Assembly (NCBI GenBank): GCA_051880895.1
Contig: JBJEOV010000087.1
Coordinates: 32,135-96,134 of the forward strand
DNA: 64,000 bases
Reading direction: 5' to 3'
Source of the DNA: Ruminococcus sp.
GTDB lineage: Bacteria > Bacillota > Clostridia > Oscillospirales > Acutalibacteraceae
Part shown: positions 30,219 through 40,269 of the stretch, in pieces
Numbering within the stretch: position 1 is the stretch's first letter
Layout of the letters: every line of letters begins with the position of its first letter
Made by a program: the position numbers and the translations under genes
Notes under the pieces: model-generated
What the model was told of the DNA's origin: nothing
The model's database searches: none
The model's input: the letters and a program-made list of their open reading frames with translations, nothing else

Positions 30219-31085
30219 ATGAAAAAATCTAAAAAATCAAAAAATAAAATACCCATAATAATTATTTCTGCGCTGTCAGCCTTAGTAGCTGCGGAGCTGA
30301 TACACAGCAACCTGTTTTTTAAAACTACCGAATATAATATAAAATCCGATAGTATCGGCAGTAATTTAAAAATAGTGCTGATTTCCGATTTACACAACAA
30401 GGAATACGGGCAGAACAACGAGGAGCTTGTTGATGCCATAAAAAAGCAGAGTCCCGATTTTATAGCAGTCTGCGGAGATATGGTAACTCGGAGTTTTATT
30501 AACGATGACAATATGAAAAATGTATTGACAAAGCTTTCGCAGGTTGCTCCCGTTTACTGCTGCCTTGGAAATCACGAAAGAGCTATTTCGGATAAGCTTG
30601 ATTTGAATGCCGACATAGCCTCCTGCGGTGCTGTGCTTCTCGATAATGAATCAACATTTTTCACCACAAAAAGCGGAGAAAAAATCTTAATCGGCGGGCT
30701 GACTGATTACCCTTATTATGAATTTAACGCCCCTGACTATGACACCCGGGACAGATACTTCTGGGAGAGCTTTAAGGAAGAATCAAAAAAATACTACTCG
30801 GTTCTTCTTCATCATCAGCCCGAATATATAACAGATATGGTTGCAGATACACCGGTAAATCTTGTTTTATGCGGTCACACCCACGGAGGACTTGTTCAGA
30901 TTCCGTTTATAGGCGGACTGATTGTGCCGAATCAGGGTATTTTTCCTCAATATGACAAAGGAGAATTTGATTTTAATAATACCACAATGATAATTTCAGG
31001 AGGTCTCGGCGTATCTCATCCGATTCCGAGATTTAACAATCCGCCTGAAATCTGCGTAATAAACATCACAAAGGGCAATTCCTGA
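30219..31085 (+). CDS. Metallophosphoesterase (YkuE-like)
   Basis: SDLH, GD, LGNHE, LCGHTHGG. Confidence 0.88.
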   Translation: MKKSKKSKNKIPIIIISALSALVAAELIHSNLFFKTTEYNIKSDSIGSNLKIVLISDLHNKEYGQNNEELVDAIKKQSPDFIAVCGDMVTRSFINDDNMKNVLTKLSQVAPVYCCLGNHERAISDKLDLNADIASCGAVLLDNESTFFTTKSGEKILIGGLTDYPYYEFNAPDYDTRDRYFWESFKEESKKYYSVLLHHQPEYITDMVADTPVNLVLCGHTHGGLVQIPFIGGLIVPNQGIFPQYDKGEFDFNNTTMIISGGLGVSHPIPRFNNPPEICVINITKGNS

Positions 31086-31105
31086 TGCGGAACTGCCCTT
31101 TTGCT

Positions 31106-33490
31106 TTAGCCTAAAACCTTTTTTGCTGTATCTACGCTTTCCTTTGCATCTCTGCAATAGTAGTCAGCGCCGATTTTCATTGCATAATCCTCCGTAAGCA
31201 CAGCGCCGCCCACAAAAACAACGCACTTGCTGCTGCCGTCGGGATTTTGTAATTCCTTTGTTTCTCTTATGAGCTTTATGGTTTCCTCCATACTTTTCAG
31301 TGTGGTAGTCATAAGAGCTGACAGGCCAATCATTTTTATATTCTGCTCAACGGCAGTGTCCACAACAAGCTGAGGGTCAACATCCTTGCCGAGATCGACA
31401 ACGGTATAGCCGTAATTGTCGAGCAGCACCTTGACTATATTTTTGCCGATATCGTGAATATCGCCCTTAACGGTTGCAAGTATTATCCTGCCCTTGCTAA
31501 CTGTTTCTCCGCTTGTTTTTGAAATATGTTTTTTGATTACCTCAAAGCAAGCCTGTGCTGCGTTTGCACTCTGGATAAGCTGGGGTAAGAAGATTTTGTT
31601 TTTTTCAAAGCCGTCGCCCACCTTGTCAAGCGCAGGAATGAGCATTTCGTTTACAATCTGCATTGCATCTCCCGTTTCGGCAAGAAGCTTTTCGGTAAGC
31701 AGAGCGCCTTCCTTTTTTAAGCCATTATAAACAGCCGTCATAATATCCATATCAGCTGACGGATTTTCGACAGCGGGAGCTTTTACGGCGTCATTGTATG
31801 CGGCGATAAAGTCCATTGAATTTTTATCAATTCCGTCAAGCACACGGTAGGCACGGACTGCGCCCGTAATTGACTCAATATTCGGATTTATTATCGGCAA
31901 GTCAAGTCCCTCTTCAAGAGCCATTGTAAGAAATGTTCTTGTAACAAGGTCACGGTTAGGAAGTCCGAAGGAGATATTTGAAACGCCAAGGCAGGTCTTA
32001 CAGCCAAGCTCTGCTTTTACTCTGTGCAGAGCGTTCAAGGTCTGACGGCAGGCGGACTGCTCGGCTGAAACAGTCATTGTAAGGCAGTCAATGAAAACAT
32101 CCTTTCTGTCAATGCCGAATTCCTCTGCTCTCTCTACAATTCTTTTTGCGATTTCAAATCGTCCCTCCGCTGTCTTTGGAATACCGTTTTCGTCAAGGGT
32201 AAGACCGACAACGCAGGCACCGTATTTTTTTACAAGCGGTAAAACCGTACTCAGGCTTTTTTCTTCACCGTTTACGGAGTTCACTATAGGTCTGCCGTTA
32301 TATGCACGAAGTCCTGCCTCAAGCACCTCAGGCTTAGTTGAGTCAATCTGCAAGGGTGCGTCGCAAACGCTCTGAATTGCCTTAAGCACACGCACCATCA
32401 TCAGCTTTTCGTCAATTTCAGGGTGACCGACATTTACATCAAGAATTTCCGCACCTGCGCCCGTCTGACTTAAAGCCTGTGTGAGAATATAGTCAATGTT
32501 ATTGTCAACAAGAGCCTGCTTGAAGAGCTTTTTGCCTGTAGGATTGATTCTTTCACCGATAATTCTCGGCTGATTTATCTCAACAACTGCGCTCGCACTG
32601 CACACAGCGGTATCAACGCTGCTCTTTGCAGGCTGATATTTTTTATCTGCAATACCAACCTTAAGAGCCTTGATGTACTCGGGATTGGTACCGCAGCAGC
32701 CGCCGAGCACCTTAACGCCGTATTTTAAGAGAGAAAGCGACGATTTTGCAAAATCCTCGGGCAAAACATCATACTCGTTGCTGTCAGGGTCGGGCAGACC
32801 TGCGTTCGGCTTGATAACAAGCGGAAGATTTGTATATTTTGAAATTTCGCTTACAATCGGCTCAAGCTCATCGGGACCGAGCGAGCAGTTCACTCCGAGT
32901 GCGTCAACGCCGAGATGCTCCATAGTAACAGCAAAGGCAGACGGCAATGTGCCTGTAAAGGTACGCATATTGCGCTCAAAGGTCATAGTTGTGAATACCG
33001 GCTTGTCGCTGTTTTCCTTTGCGGCAAGCACAGCGGCTTTCAGCTCGTAAAGGTCAGTCATAGTTTCAAAAACTATAACATCAGCCTCCCTGCCTGCAAG
33101 GACAAGCTGTTTGTAGTATTCATAAGCCCGTTCAAATGTAAGCGAGCCTGCCGGCTCAAGGAGCTGACCGATTGGTCCTATATCGAGCGCAACAAAGGCT
33201 CTGTCGCCTACGGCATTTTTTGCAATGCTCACGCCTGCGCCCACAATTTCCTCCACGCTGTAGCCGCAGCCCTCAAGCTTGTACGCATTTGCGCCGAAGG
33301 TATTGGCATACACAATATCCGCACCGGCGTCCACATACGCTTTATGAAAAGACGCAATAAGCTCAGGATGCGTGATATTAAGCGTTTCAGGCACCTCGTC
33401 ATAGCTGACTCCGCTTTTCTGAATCATAGTGCCTGTCGCACCGTCAAGTATAATAAATTCTTTTTCCTTTAATAATTCTCTAACCCCCAC
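31106..33490 (-). CDS. metH: B12-dependent methionine synthase: Hcy-binding, pterin-binding and B12-binding domains
   Basis: LDGATGTM, GVNCS, GGCCGT, IGERINPTGK, GVSNISFG, DIHDIGKN. Confidence 0.92.
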   Translation of the reverse strand: MGVRELLKEKEFIILDGATGTMIQKSGVSYDEVPETLNITHPELIASFHKAYVDAGADIVYANTFGANAYKLEGCGYSVEEIVGAGVSIAKNAVGDRAFVALDIGPIGQLLEPAGSLTFERAYEYYKQLVLAGREADVIVFETMTDLYELKAAVLAAKENSDKPVFTTMTFERNMRTFTGTLPSAFAVTMEHLGVDALGVNCSLGPDELEPIVSEISKYTNLPLVIKPNAGLPDPDSNEYDVLPEDFAKSSLSLLKYGVKVLGGCCGTNPEYIKALKVGIADKKYQPAKSSVDTAVCSASAVVEINQPRIIGERINPTGKKLFKQALVDNNIDYILTQALSQTGAGAEILDVNVGHPEIDEKLMMVRVLKAIQSVCDAPLQIDSTKPEVLEAGLRAYNGRPIVNSVNGEEKSLSTVLPLVKKYGACVVGLTLDENGIPKTAEGRFEIAKRIVERAEEFGIDRKDVFIDCLTMTVSAEQSACRQTLNALHRVKAELGCKTCLGVSNISFGLPNRDLVTRTFLTMALEEGLDLPIINPNIESITGAVRAYRVLDGIDKNSMDFIAAYNDAVKAPAVENPSADMDIMTAVYNGLKKEGALLTEKLLAETGDAMQIVNEMLIPALDKVGDGFEKNKIFLPQLIQSANAAQACFEVIKKHISKTSGETVSKGRIILATVKGDIHDIGKNIVKVLLDNYGYTVVDLGKDVDPQLVVDTAVEQNIKMIGLSALMTTTLKSMEETIKLIRETKELQNPDGSSKCVVFVGGAVLTEDYAMKIGADYYCRDAKESVDTAKKVLG

Positions 33491-34124
33491 AATGAAGCCC
33501 CTTTCTCCTGAAATTACAGGTTTCTCTCATATTACAGATGGCACAGCCACGCTTTTTTCTCGCTATAGGATTTTTGGAAAGTCCCATTACGGCAGTCACC
33601 GACTTTGCAGGCGTAAGCAGAAAGCTTTCGTTTGTGCAAAGTCCTATTTTCTTTGGTGCGTCAAGCATTTGCAGAATAGTTTTCTGCATTTCAATCGGAT
33701 AATCTCCATAGCCGGGGCTGAACCTGAAGGTCATATAATAACCGCTGTATTTTTCGGCAATCATTCTGTCAAAGGAATTGCACACCTGCTCAACCGCTAC
33801 GCTTGAAAGGCTGTCCATAACCACGGCACTTGCCATATCTGAAATCTGCGATACTCTTATAAGCTTGTCAATTTCCGAGCCTATGGTGGCGCACATTATT
33901 ATTGCCTTTTCACAGCCTTCAAGGTGTGCTTCAATATCTTTTCCGCCCATAAGCTGAGCGCAGGGCAACGCCTTTTCAATATATAGATACTTAGGTGACG
34001 CTTTTTCAAGCACCGCCCTTTCACATTCATCCATAAGTGCGTCCATTCGGTAATTGAGCTGAATACCTGCTCCGCCGAGATAGCGCACAGCTTCATTTCT
34101 GTTAAGCTTTTCTAAATTAATCAT
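33480..34124 (-). CDS. Stand-alone methionine synthase reactivation domain
   Basis: RFSPGYGDYP, LTPAKSVTA; AGGAG RBS before ATG 34124. Confidence 0.88.
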   Translation of the reverse strand: MINLEKLNRNEAVRYLGGAGIQLNYRMDALMDECERAVLEKASPKYLYIEKALPCAQLMGGKDIEAHLEGCEKAIIMCATIGSEIDKLIRVSQISDMASAVVMDSLSSVAVEQVCNSFDRMIAEKYSGYYMTFRFSPGYGDYPIEMQKTILQMLDAPKKIGLCTNESFLLTPAKSVTAVMGLSKNPIARKKRGCAICNMRETCNFRRKGLHCGG

Positions 34125-34322
34125 AGCACAGCTCCTATAAATAACTGCTATTATTTTAACACAAAAGCCTCGATAATACAATAAGATTATCGGTTTTGGC
34201 AGGTTGAATATATGTAAACACCGAATATTGCAAATGCTGTGTTTTTGAGATAAAATTATAAATATAATTATTCTTCACATAAAATACAGATTAAAGGATT
34301 AAATTTATATACGGTGATTACA

Positions 34323-34997
34323 ATGTACAAAATACTTCTTGTTGAAGATGACAAAAATATAAGAGAAATGGTTGTAGAGTATTTTTCACGCAAGGGTGAC
34401 GGAAAATTTCCTGTTTCAGTTGCGCCCAACGGAGAAATCGGATTGCAGATGGCGTATGAAAATCCATATGATTTACTCCTGCTTGATGTAAATCTTCCTA
34501 AAATGGACGGATTTTCCATATGCAAGGAGGTCAGGCGGTACAGCGATGTGCCGATTATGTTCATTACCGCACGGATAAACGAGGAGGATGTGCTCAACGG
34601 CTACGCCCTCGGCTGTGACGATTACATAATAAAGCCCTTTGCATTGCCTGTGCTGTTTGAAAAGGTAAAGGCTCTTATAAAGCGTTCAAAGGGACTTGTA
34701 CGCTCGTCGGTGCTTACGGCAGGCACTCTTACCCTGAATCCGAACAACGGCATTGTAATTTCGGACGGCGACGAGGTGGAGCTTACTGCAAAGGAATACA
34801 AAATACTTAAATTTCTTTTAGAGAATAAAAATATTGTAATCTCCCGAACAAAGCTTATTGAAAACCTCTGGGGCTATGACAGTGATGTTGACATACGGGT
34901 GCTTGACTCGCACATTAAAAATCTGCGTAAAGCCTTAAAGGACAACTCAAAGCTTATAAAAACCGTAATCGGCAGAGGCTACAGGATTGAGGAATGA
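34323..34997 (+). CDS. OmpR-family response regulator
   Basis: LLVEDD, LLDVNLP, DDYIIKPF, LDSHIKNLR, VIGRGY. Confidence 0.93.
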   Translation: MYKILLVEDDKNIREMVVEYFSRKGDGKFPVSVAPNGEIGLQMAYENPYDLLLLDVNLPKMDGFSICKEVRRYSDVPIMFITARINEEDVLNGYALGCDDYIIKPFALPVLFEKVKALIKRSKGLVRSSVLTAGTLTLNPNNGIVISDGDEVELTAKEYKILKFLLENKNIVISRTKLIENLWGYDSDVDIRVLDSHIKNLRKALKDNSKLIKTVIGRGYRIEE

Positions 34998-36757
34998 TTA
35001 TGAATAAAAAGCTGAAAAAGGAAAACCGTAAAATTCTTGCAAGCATAATATCAATAGTTCTTTTCATTTGCCTGCTTGCAATGAGCGCATTTACATATCT
35101 GATATACGATTCTACAAAGTCAATAGAATTGTATCAGGCTGAGTTAAGGGCTACAAATCTCTTTTCAAGCACAAGTAATATTGATATAACCCAGCCGAAT
35201 GCAATCAGCGCATTTATAACCACAAAGCTTAATGAAGAGGAAATGCGGGATGTATATATTTCATTGGAGAACGACTACTATAATATTTCGGTAGATACTG
35301 CAAATAAATGCAGGATAGAAACAGATGATTTCACAGGTTACAGTGATTTATATCTTGATTATTTTACACTGCGAGAGTCAATGACAGATGAGCAGTATAA
35401 CAAAATCAGCGATTACCTCAGCAAAGAGCCTGACGAAAACGGCAATTACTATATTCTGTCGGTCAATCAATATGCGTCTGATTATTATCTGCCGATAAGC
35501 ACAGGACAGATGATTCCGATAAGACTGGAAATTCTGCGCACAAACGATAAACACAGCTGGTATGTAGAGGACGAGCATATTGAATTTTTTGAGCTTTCTT
35601 CTGATAAAATTGATGAAATCAAAAGAATGCAGAAAGAAGACGAGGAGAACTATAAAAAGAATTACAGCAATGATGATGAAAATACAACCTATTTCAGCGG
35701 ACTGATTTACTCTGTCGGTGAAATGAGAAAGAATGAAATCAGCAAGGACTTTTTCTTTAACGGCGGTACGGAGAATGAATTGAAAAAGTACGATGAGGAA
35801 AATCCGTTTGATCCCGGGTTTTATTCAGCACTTGTAATCCTTGATAATTTTAACTATATATACAGAGAAGTAAGCTCTACAAATCCTGCCTATATTCTGT
35901 CGGTCTATGAAGAGGGCGAAGAAATATCGTATGACGATATGAATGATTACAACAATAAAATATGTAATATTACAATATATCAGAAGCTTGAACCGCTCAA
36001 TGCCTGTATGCCTACTCTGATAATCGGCAATATTATAATTCTTGTTTTCTTCATTATAGCCGGTACTATTATGATACTGATAGTATGGCGTAATTTAAGA
36101 AACAGGGCAATACGGGAACAGCACAGAATAGAAATGACAAATGCGGTCGCACACAACCTCAAAACTCCGCTTTGCGTAATTAACGGCTTTTCCGAAAACC
36201 TCAGAGAAGAGGAGGGATTTATAACCAAACAGCACTACATAGATGTTATTCAACAGCAGGCAGGCGATATGGACATTCTCGTGCATAAGATGCTGGACTT
36301 TTCAAGGCTTGAGGCAGGCTCGGCAAGGCTTAATAAAAAGCCATTCGGCATTAAGCAGGAGCTTGAAAAGCTTGCGGAAAAATACGGCAATATCTCAGAC
36401 AAAAGTATTATTGTGAATGCTGACGATAAGGAAATCAACGCAGATAAAGAGCTTATGGAGCTTGTTTTTGAAAATCTGACGGACAATGCCGTAAAATACG
36501 CAAGGAAAAATTCCGATATAGAAATATCTTTTGTAAACAACTGTTTCAGCATTTCAAATGAATGTGAGGAAATTTCCAAAAAGGAACTAAAAAGAATGTG
36601 GAAACCGTATAACCGCCTTGAAAAGGACGAGGATGTGCGTGGCACAGGCATAGGTCTTGCCATTGTAAAGCAAATCCTAAGACTTCACAAAATCAAGCCG
36701 ACCACAGAATACTCGGACGGCAGGCTGACAATCAGCTTCTTCATCAAAACAAAATAA
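34994..36757 (+). CDS. Sensor histidine kinase
   Basis: AHNLKTPL H-box, NLTDNAVKY, GTGIGL; two TMs. Confidence 0.9.
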   Translation: MIMNKKLKKENRKILASIISIVLFICLLAMSAFTYLIYDSTKSIELYQAELRATNLFSSTSNIDITQPNAISAFITTKLNEEEMRDVYISLENDYYNISVDTANKCRIETDDFTGYSDLYLDYFTLRESMTDEQYNKISDYLSKEPDENGNYYILSVNQYASDYYLPISTGQMIPIRLEILRTNDKHSWYVEDEHIEFFELSSDKIDEIKRMQKEDEENYKKNYSNDDENTTYFSGLIYSVGEMRKNEISKDFFFNGGTENELKKYDEENPFDPGFYSALVILDNFNYIYREVSSTNPAYILSVYEEGEEISYDDMNDYNNKICNITIYQKLEPLNACMPTLIIGNIIILVFFIIAGTIMILIVWRNLRNRAIREQHRIEMTNAVAHNLKTPLCVINGFSENLREEEGFITKQHYIDVIQQQAGDMDILVHKMLDFSRLEAGSARLNKKPFGIKQELEKLAEKYGNISDKSIIVNADDKEINADKELMELVFENLTDNAVKYARKNSDIEISFVNNCFSISNECEEISKKELKRMWKPYNRLEKDEDVRGTGIGLAIVKQILRLHKIKPTTEYSDGRLTISFFIKTK

Positions 36758-36847
36758 ATATGGCTATCCCTTTTGTGCTGATAATTTCAGCTTAGTTAAA
36801 GAAATAGTCAAAAACAAAAAGTCCGACAGTGAAATCGGACTTTTTGT

Positions 36848-37174
36848 TTAGTCAGTTTTTGTTTTTATTTCTGTATCAGAATAGGTATAATTCTCAACAG
36901 GAATTATATCCTGCAATACTGCAAGACTTCCTGAGGAAATAATTTCTTCCTTCTGCTTTTTGGAAAGCCTTTTTATATGGTATTCAAGCCTTGAGGCTGT
37001 GGCACGGTTTTCACTTATCCAGAGTGACTCAAGCCTTTCGGCTTTATGTGTGCGGGTATATTTTGCACATTTTTCGTTCTGAGAAAAATGCTCTGACATT
37101 CTTTTGCTTATGTCTGCGGCAATTCCTGTGTAAAGCGTGTTGTCACAGCACCTGAGTATATATGTATAGTACAT
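36848..37174 (-). CDS. GIY-YIG nuclease family protein (UPF0213)
   Basis: YTYILRCCDNTLYTG, AKYTR, SRLEYHIK. Confidence 0.88.
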   Translation of the reverse strand: MYYTYILRCCDNTLYTGIAADISKRMSEHFSQNEKCAKYTRTHKAERLESLWISENRATASRLEYHIKRLSKKQKEEIISSGSLAVLQDIIPVENYTYSDTEIKTKTD

Positions 37175-37264
37175 TTTATCACCGGGCAAATTATAACACA
37201 TACATAGTTATCTTTGCAATAAAAATCCTGACAATTCCGAGAGAACTGTCAGGAAGTTTTACAC

Positions 37265-37975
37265 TTATTTTGTTTCCGTTTTCAGCTTTTTATCGTGGAT
37301 TTTCCTTGCCAGATAAACAAACGGGGTGTCAAGCAGACTTGTGAATACATAAATAATATAGCTTGACAGGAAAATCGAGATAAGAGTCGGAATATCGTAG
37401 GTTCCCCAGAAGGCAAAGGCTGTGAAAAGAGCTGTGTTCAGAAGCTGGCTTATGAGCGTTGAACCGTTGTTTCTCAGCCATAAAAAGCTGCGTTTGCTGC
37501 CGGATTTTTTTTCGGTAAGCCTCCACCACTTGTGATACAGCCATACATCAAACATCTGACTTATTGCATACACAACAAGAGATGCAAGAATCATTCGGGG
37601 AGTGCTTGAGAAAACAGTCTTTATTGACGGCATCATAACATCTGCCTCACTCGGAGTGTAAAGCATCCAGCTCTGAGAAAGCACAAGGAAAAAGACCGAT
37701 GAAAAAATACCTGCATATACTGCGGTCTGCGCTGCCTTTTTGCCCTCACATTCCGAGAGAATATCGGTTATTAAAAATGTAACTGCAAACAGAATGTTGC
37801 CGAGCGTCTGCTCCATTCCGAATGCGTTAATCAGTATTGTAACTTCAATATTTGCAAGAATAGACGCTATTACAGATATACAGTAAAGCCCCGTTTTGCC
37901 GAAAAGCGCATAGCCTGTAATTGCCGAGCCGTAGATAAATACTACGGAACATATAAGTATAAGTTCGTTTGTCAT
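37265..37975 (-). CDS. yhhQ: Queuosine-precursor transporter (YhhQ/VUT family)
   Basis: FAVTFLITDILSE and WLRNNGSTLISQ motifs; downstream of a preQ1 riboswitch. Confidence 0.85.
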   Translation of the reverse strand: MTNELILICSVVFIYGSAITGYALFGKTGLYCISVIASILANIEVTILINAFGMEQTLGNILFAVTFLITDILSECEGKKAAQTAVYAGIFSSVFFLVLSQSWMLYTPSEADVMMPSIKTVFSSTPRMILASLVVYAISQMFDVWLYHKWWRLTEKKSGSKRSFLWLRNNGSTLISQLLNTALFTAFAFWGTYDIPTLISIFLSSYIIYVFTSLLDTPFVYLARKIHDKKLKTETK

Positions 37976-37976
37976 A

Positions 37977-38684
37977 TCAGTCGCCCACCCCGAAATCAGT
38001 ATTGTTTATTAAAATATCTGCTCTGTCATTATCCTTGTAAATAGGATATATTTCCTTAATAAATGCACTGATAAGCTCCTTATCGGGCTTGACCGAGGTG
38101 GAATTCTCGCACATTATATTAATGCAGATTCGTTCAAAATATTTAAGCCCAAGCTCAATATCTTTTTTTATTGATTCGACAGTCTGACCTTTAATTCCGA
38201 AAAGGAAATTAGCCTCATCAAAGCTTTCTGAGATTTTCTCGGGATTTTTCTCTTTGATACCTTTTTTCAGTACATTCTCTCTGAAATCATAATCAAAGGT
38301 TTCAAGACCGAGCTTCATTTTAAGCGTAAAATCCGAAAATTCCTTACGCAAATCAGCAATCCTGCTGTTGTAGAGATAGTGCGACTCAAAATGAATTGTG
38401 TGGATATTCTTTTTTCTGCAAACCTCTTTTATAAGCCCGATGGTATTTTTGTCAAGCTCAAATACCGAACCCGAGTTTATAACCTCAAGGTTTTGATAGA
38501 CGCCTGAAATTTTTTCAAGCACCCTGCTGTTCAGCCTGAAATTTTCCTCTTCATTATTACAGCTGTCACTGTAATAATCGCAGAAGGTGCATTTTTTGTA
38601 AACACAGCCGCTTCCACGCAGAAGTACAATTTCACGCCTGTTTTTTTCGTGAATGATACTGTACCTTTCCATAATTTTCGGCAT
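37977..38684 (-). CDS. queL: Radical SAM protein, QueL-like queuine lyase
   Basis: RYS..EKN.REIVLL, CVYKKCTFC (CX4CX2C) and FESHY; context of preQ1 riboswitch and yhhQ. Confidence 0.65.
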   Translation of the reverse strand: MPKIMERYSIIHEKNRREIVLLRGSGCVYKKCTFCDYYSDSCNNEEENFRLNSRVLEKISGVYQNLEVINSGSVFELDKNTIGLIKEVCRKKNIHTIHFESHYLYNSRIADLRKEFSDFTLKMKLGLETFDYDFRENVLKKGIKEKNPEKISESFDEANFLFGIKGQTVESIKKDIELGLKYFERICINIMCENSTSVKPDKELISAFIKEIYPIYKDNDRADILINNTDFGVGD

Positions 38685-38705
38685 AAAAAAACACCCGTAA
38701 GGGTG
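38685..38705 (-). terminator. Riboswitch expression-platform terminator
   Basis: CACCC-TTAC-GGGTG followed by T7, directly before the start codon. Confidence 0.75.
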
Positions 38706-38737
38706 TACGGGCATAGCAAGCCCTATGCCTTTCCTCC

Positions 38738-38799
38738 TTAGTTTTGATTGGGCAAGCCCCTGTTGGTTATTGCCCGAGCAGGATGGTTACGAACTGCTC
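38738..38799 (-). ncRNA. preQ1-I (type I-like) riboswitch aptamer with an extra hairpin in L3
   Basis: GAGCAG/CUGCUC P1 with GUUCGUAACCAUCC loop; AAAACUAA tail after an inserted GGGCAA/UUGCCC hairpin. Confidence 0.8.
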
Positions 38800-38806
38800 T
38801 TATATT

Positions 38807-38835
38807 ATAATATCATAATACGGAGATTTTGTCAA
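38807..38835 (-). promoter_or_regulatory. Promoter of the que salvage operon
   Basis: TTGACA-17-TATTAT with extended TG; start site predicted at the aptamer 5' end. Confidence 0.7.
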
Positions 38836-38972
38836 ACTATAAGAAAAACTTATGTTTATTTACAAAATTACTTGAATTTGTGGGTGAAATTGTATATAAT
38901 TTTATAGAGAGAACAGCATTGACAGGTGTTGTTTGCCGATAATAATCTTATGGAGTTTTGAAAGGTGAAAAA

Positions 38973-39983
38973 ATGAGAGATTTTGGTTTTTATGGAGATA
39001 CTACAGAGAGATTTCCTTTTTCGGGAAAGGAAATGCGTCAGTATCAACAACAGGTAAAGCGCATACGCAGTAATCACAGGCTTACAGTGCTGACATTTGT
39101 ACTTCTGACTTTAGCGATAATTGAATCAATGTTTTTTGTCGCTGTTCAGCTGATGCTCAAAAGCTTTGAATATGCAGGACTGCTCGGTGTAATTCTCGAG
39201 GTGCTTACCTTGCTTGTAATTGCAGGCGCAATATACGGCTACAGGAGAATTTCGCTTGATTTAAGGGCGATTGATCTGGCGGTCATAATAATATCCGAGT
39301 TATTGTTCGGCTTTTCTGAGTATATGCTGTATATGTATAAACAGCCGTTTTATCTGTATGTTATTGCAGGTGTTTCTTTTGTGCTTATTCTCTATGTTTT
39401 CCTTTTTGTTAAAGCAAGAATCAGGCAAAGAGTTCTGTTTTCTGCAATTCCGCTTGTGGTGCTTGCAGCGGCTTGCTTTCTGAGTATAAACAACTCGGTT
39501 TTTACTGTAAGATATGTTTATCTTTCGCCGGACGGTTACTATAACGATGTAAGCAATAATGATATTACACATTTTTATTATACGCAACCGATTAATGCAA
39601 AGAGCTTTTCTGAATTTTGTTCAAACAGCAACAGCGTTATTTACAGTATGGATCAATTTAACAGCTTTTGCGATTCATATAAAGGCTCTGCAAATATGGG
39701 CGAATTGCTCAATTTCAGCCGTACCTACAGCGAAAGCTTTTTTGAAAATAACTGCCTTTATCTTGTTCCTGTGGAGCTTGAATCGCCGTCAGACAGAATA
39801 TACTTTAAAGGACTGAGCTACGCCTTGAGCGCACAAAAGCCTTGTGTTCAGTATGTAAAGGATAAGGACGGTAAAAAGACAGGCAGTGTTTGCCTTATGC
39901 TTATAGAGGTTCCGCTCAGAGATGATGAAAAGCTGAACAGTGTGGTAAAGCTTAAAACAGACGATGTGATTATGGCAAGATAA
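38973..39983 (+). CDS. Hypothetical membrane protein (about 5 TMs plus extracellular domain)
   Basis: Long ORF, AAAGGTGA RBS, hydrophobic N-half. Confidence 0.7.
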   Translation: MRDFGFYGDTTERFPFSGKEMRQYQQQVKRIRSNHRLTVLTFVLLTLAIIESMFFVAVQLMLKSFEYAGLLGVILEVLTLLVIAGAIYGYRRISLDLRAIDLAVIIISELLFGFSEYMLYMYKQPFYLYVIAGVSFVLILYVFLFVKARIRQRVLFSAIPLVVLAAACFLSINNSVFTVRYVYLSPDGYYNDVSNNDITHFYYTQPINAKSFSEFCSNSNSVIYSMDQFNSFCDSYKGSANMGELLNFSRTYSESFFENNCLYLVPVELESPSDRIYFKGLSYALSAQKPCVQYVKDKDGKKTGSVCLMLIEVPLRDDEKLNSVVKLKTDDVIMAR

Positions 39984-40032
39984 TTTTTGAATATATGTTT
40001 AATTCTTGTGAATGCGTCATATAAATACCTTG

Positions 40033-40206
40033 GGCAACACTGAATAAATCACGCTGAAAGCTGTTTGCATATCTTGCTTGCATATTTTCCGCCAGCTTGC
40101 CCAAAAAATCTCGAAAATAATGCGACAGCATTACTGCGGTTTGTTTGTGCAACCTGACAAAAAATCTGACGGCGCAATATGCACAAACGATTTAATCAGT
40201 GTTCCC
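40033..40206 (+). mobile_element. MITE-like repeat copy 2 (174 bp), flanked by a 34-bp direct duplication
   Basis: Same element with slightly degenerate ends; 39999-40032 matches 40207-40240 with 2 mismatches. Confidence 0.85.
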
Positions 40207-40269
40207 TTAATTCTTGTGAATGCGTCATATAGATACATTGTAATCGACACATAAAACAGGAGATTTGCT

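Noticed and set aside
31106-34124. Split methionine synthase as a novelty
   Set aside because: A separate reactivation domain is common in Clostridia.
34124-34322. SAM or cobalamin riboswitch upstream of the metH genes
   Set aside because: Short AT-rich divergent promoter region with no recognisable aptamer motifs.
39970-40152. Short tracked ORFs with KAVCTSCLHIFRQLAQK or FLGKLAENMQAR (also 48575-48787 and 50050-50301)
   Set aside because: They are translations of the MITE sequence, with no RBS or independent coding evidence.
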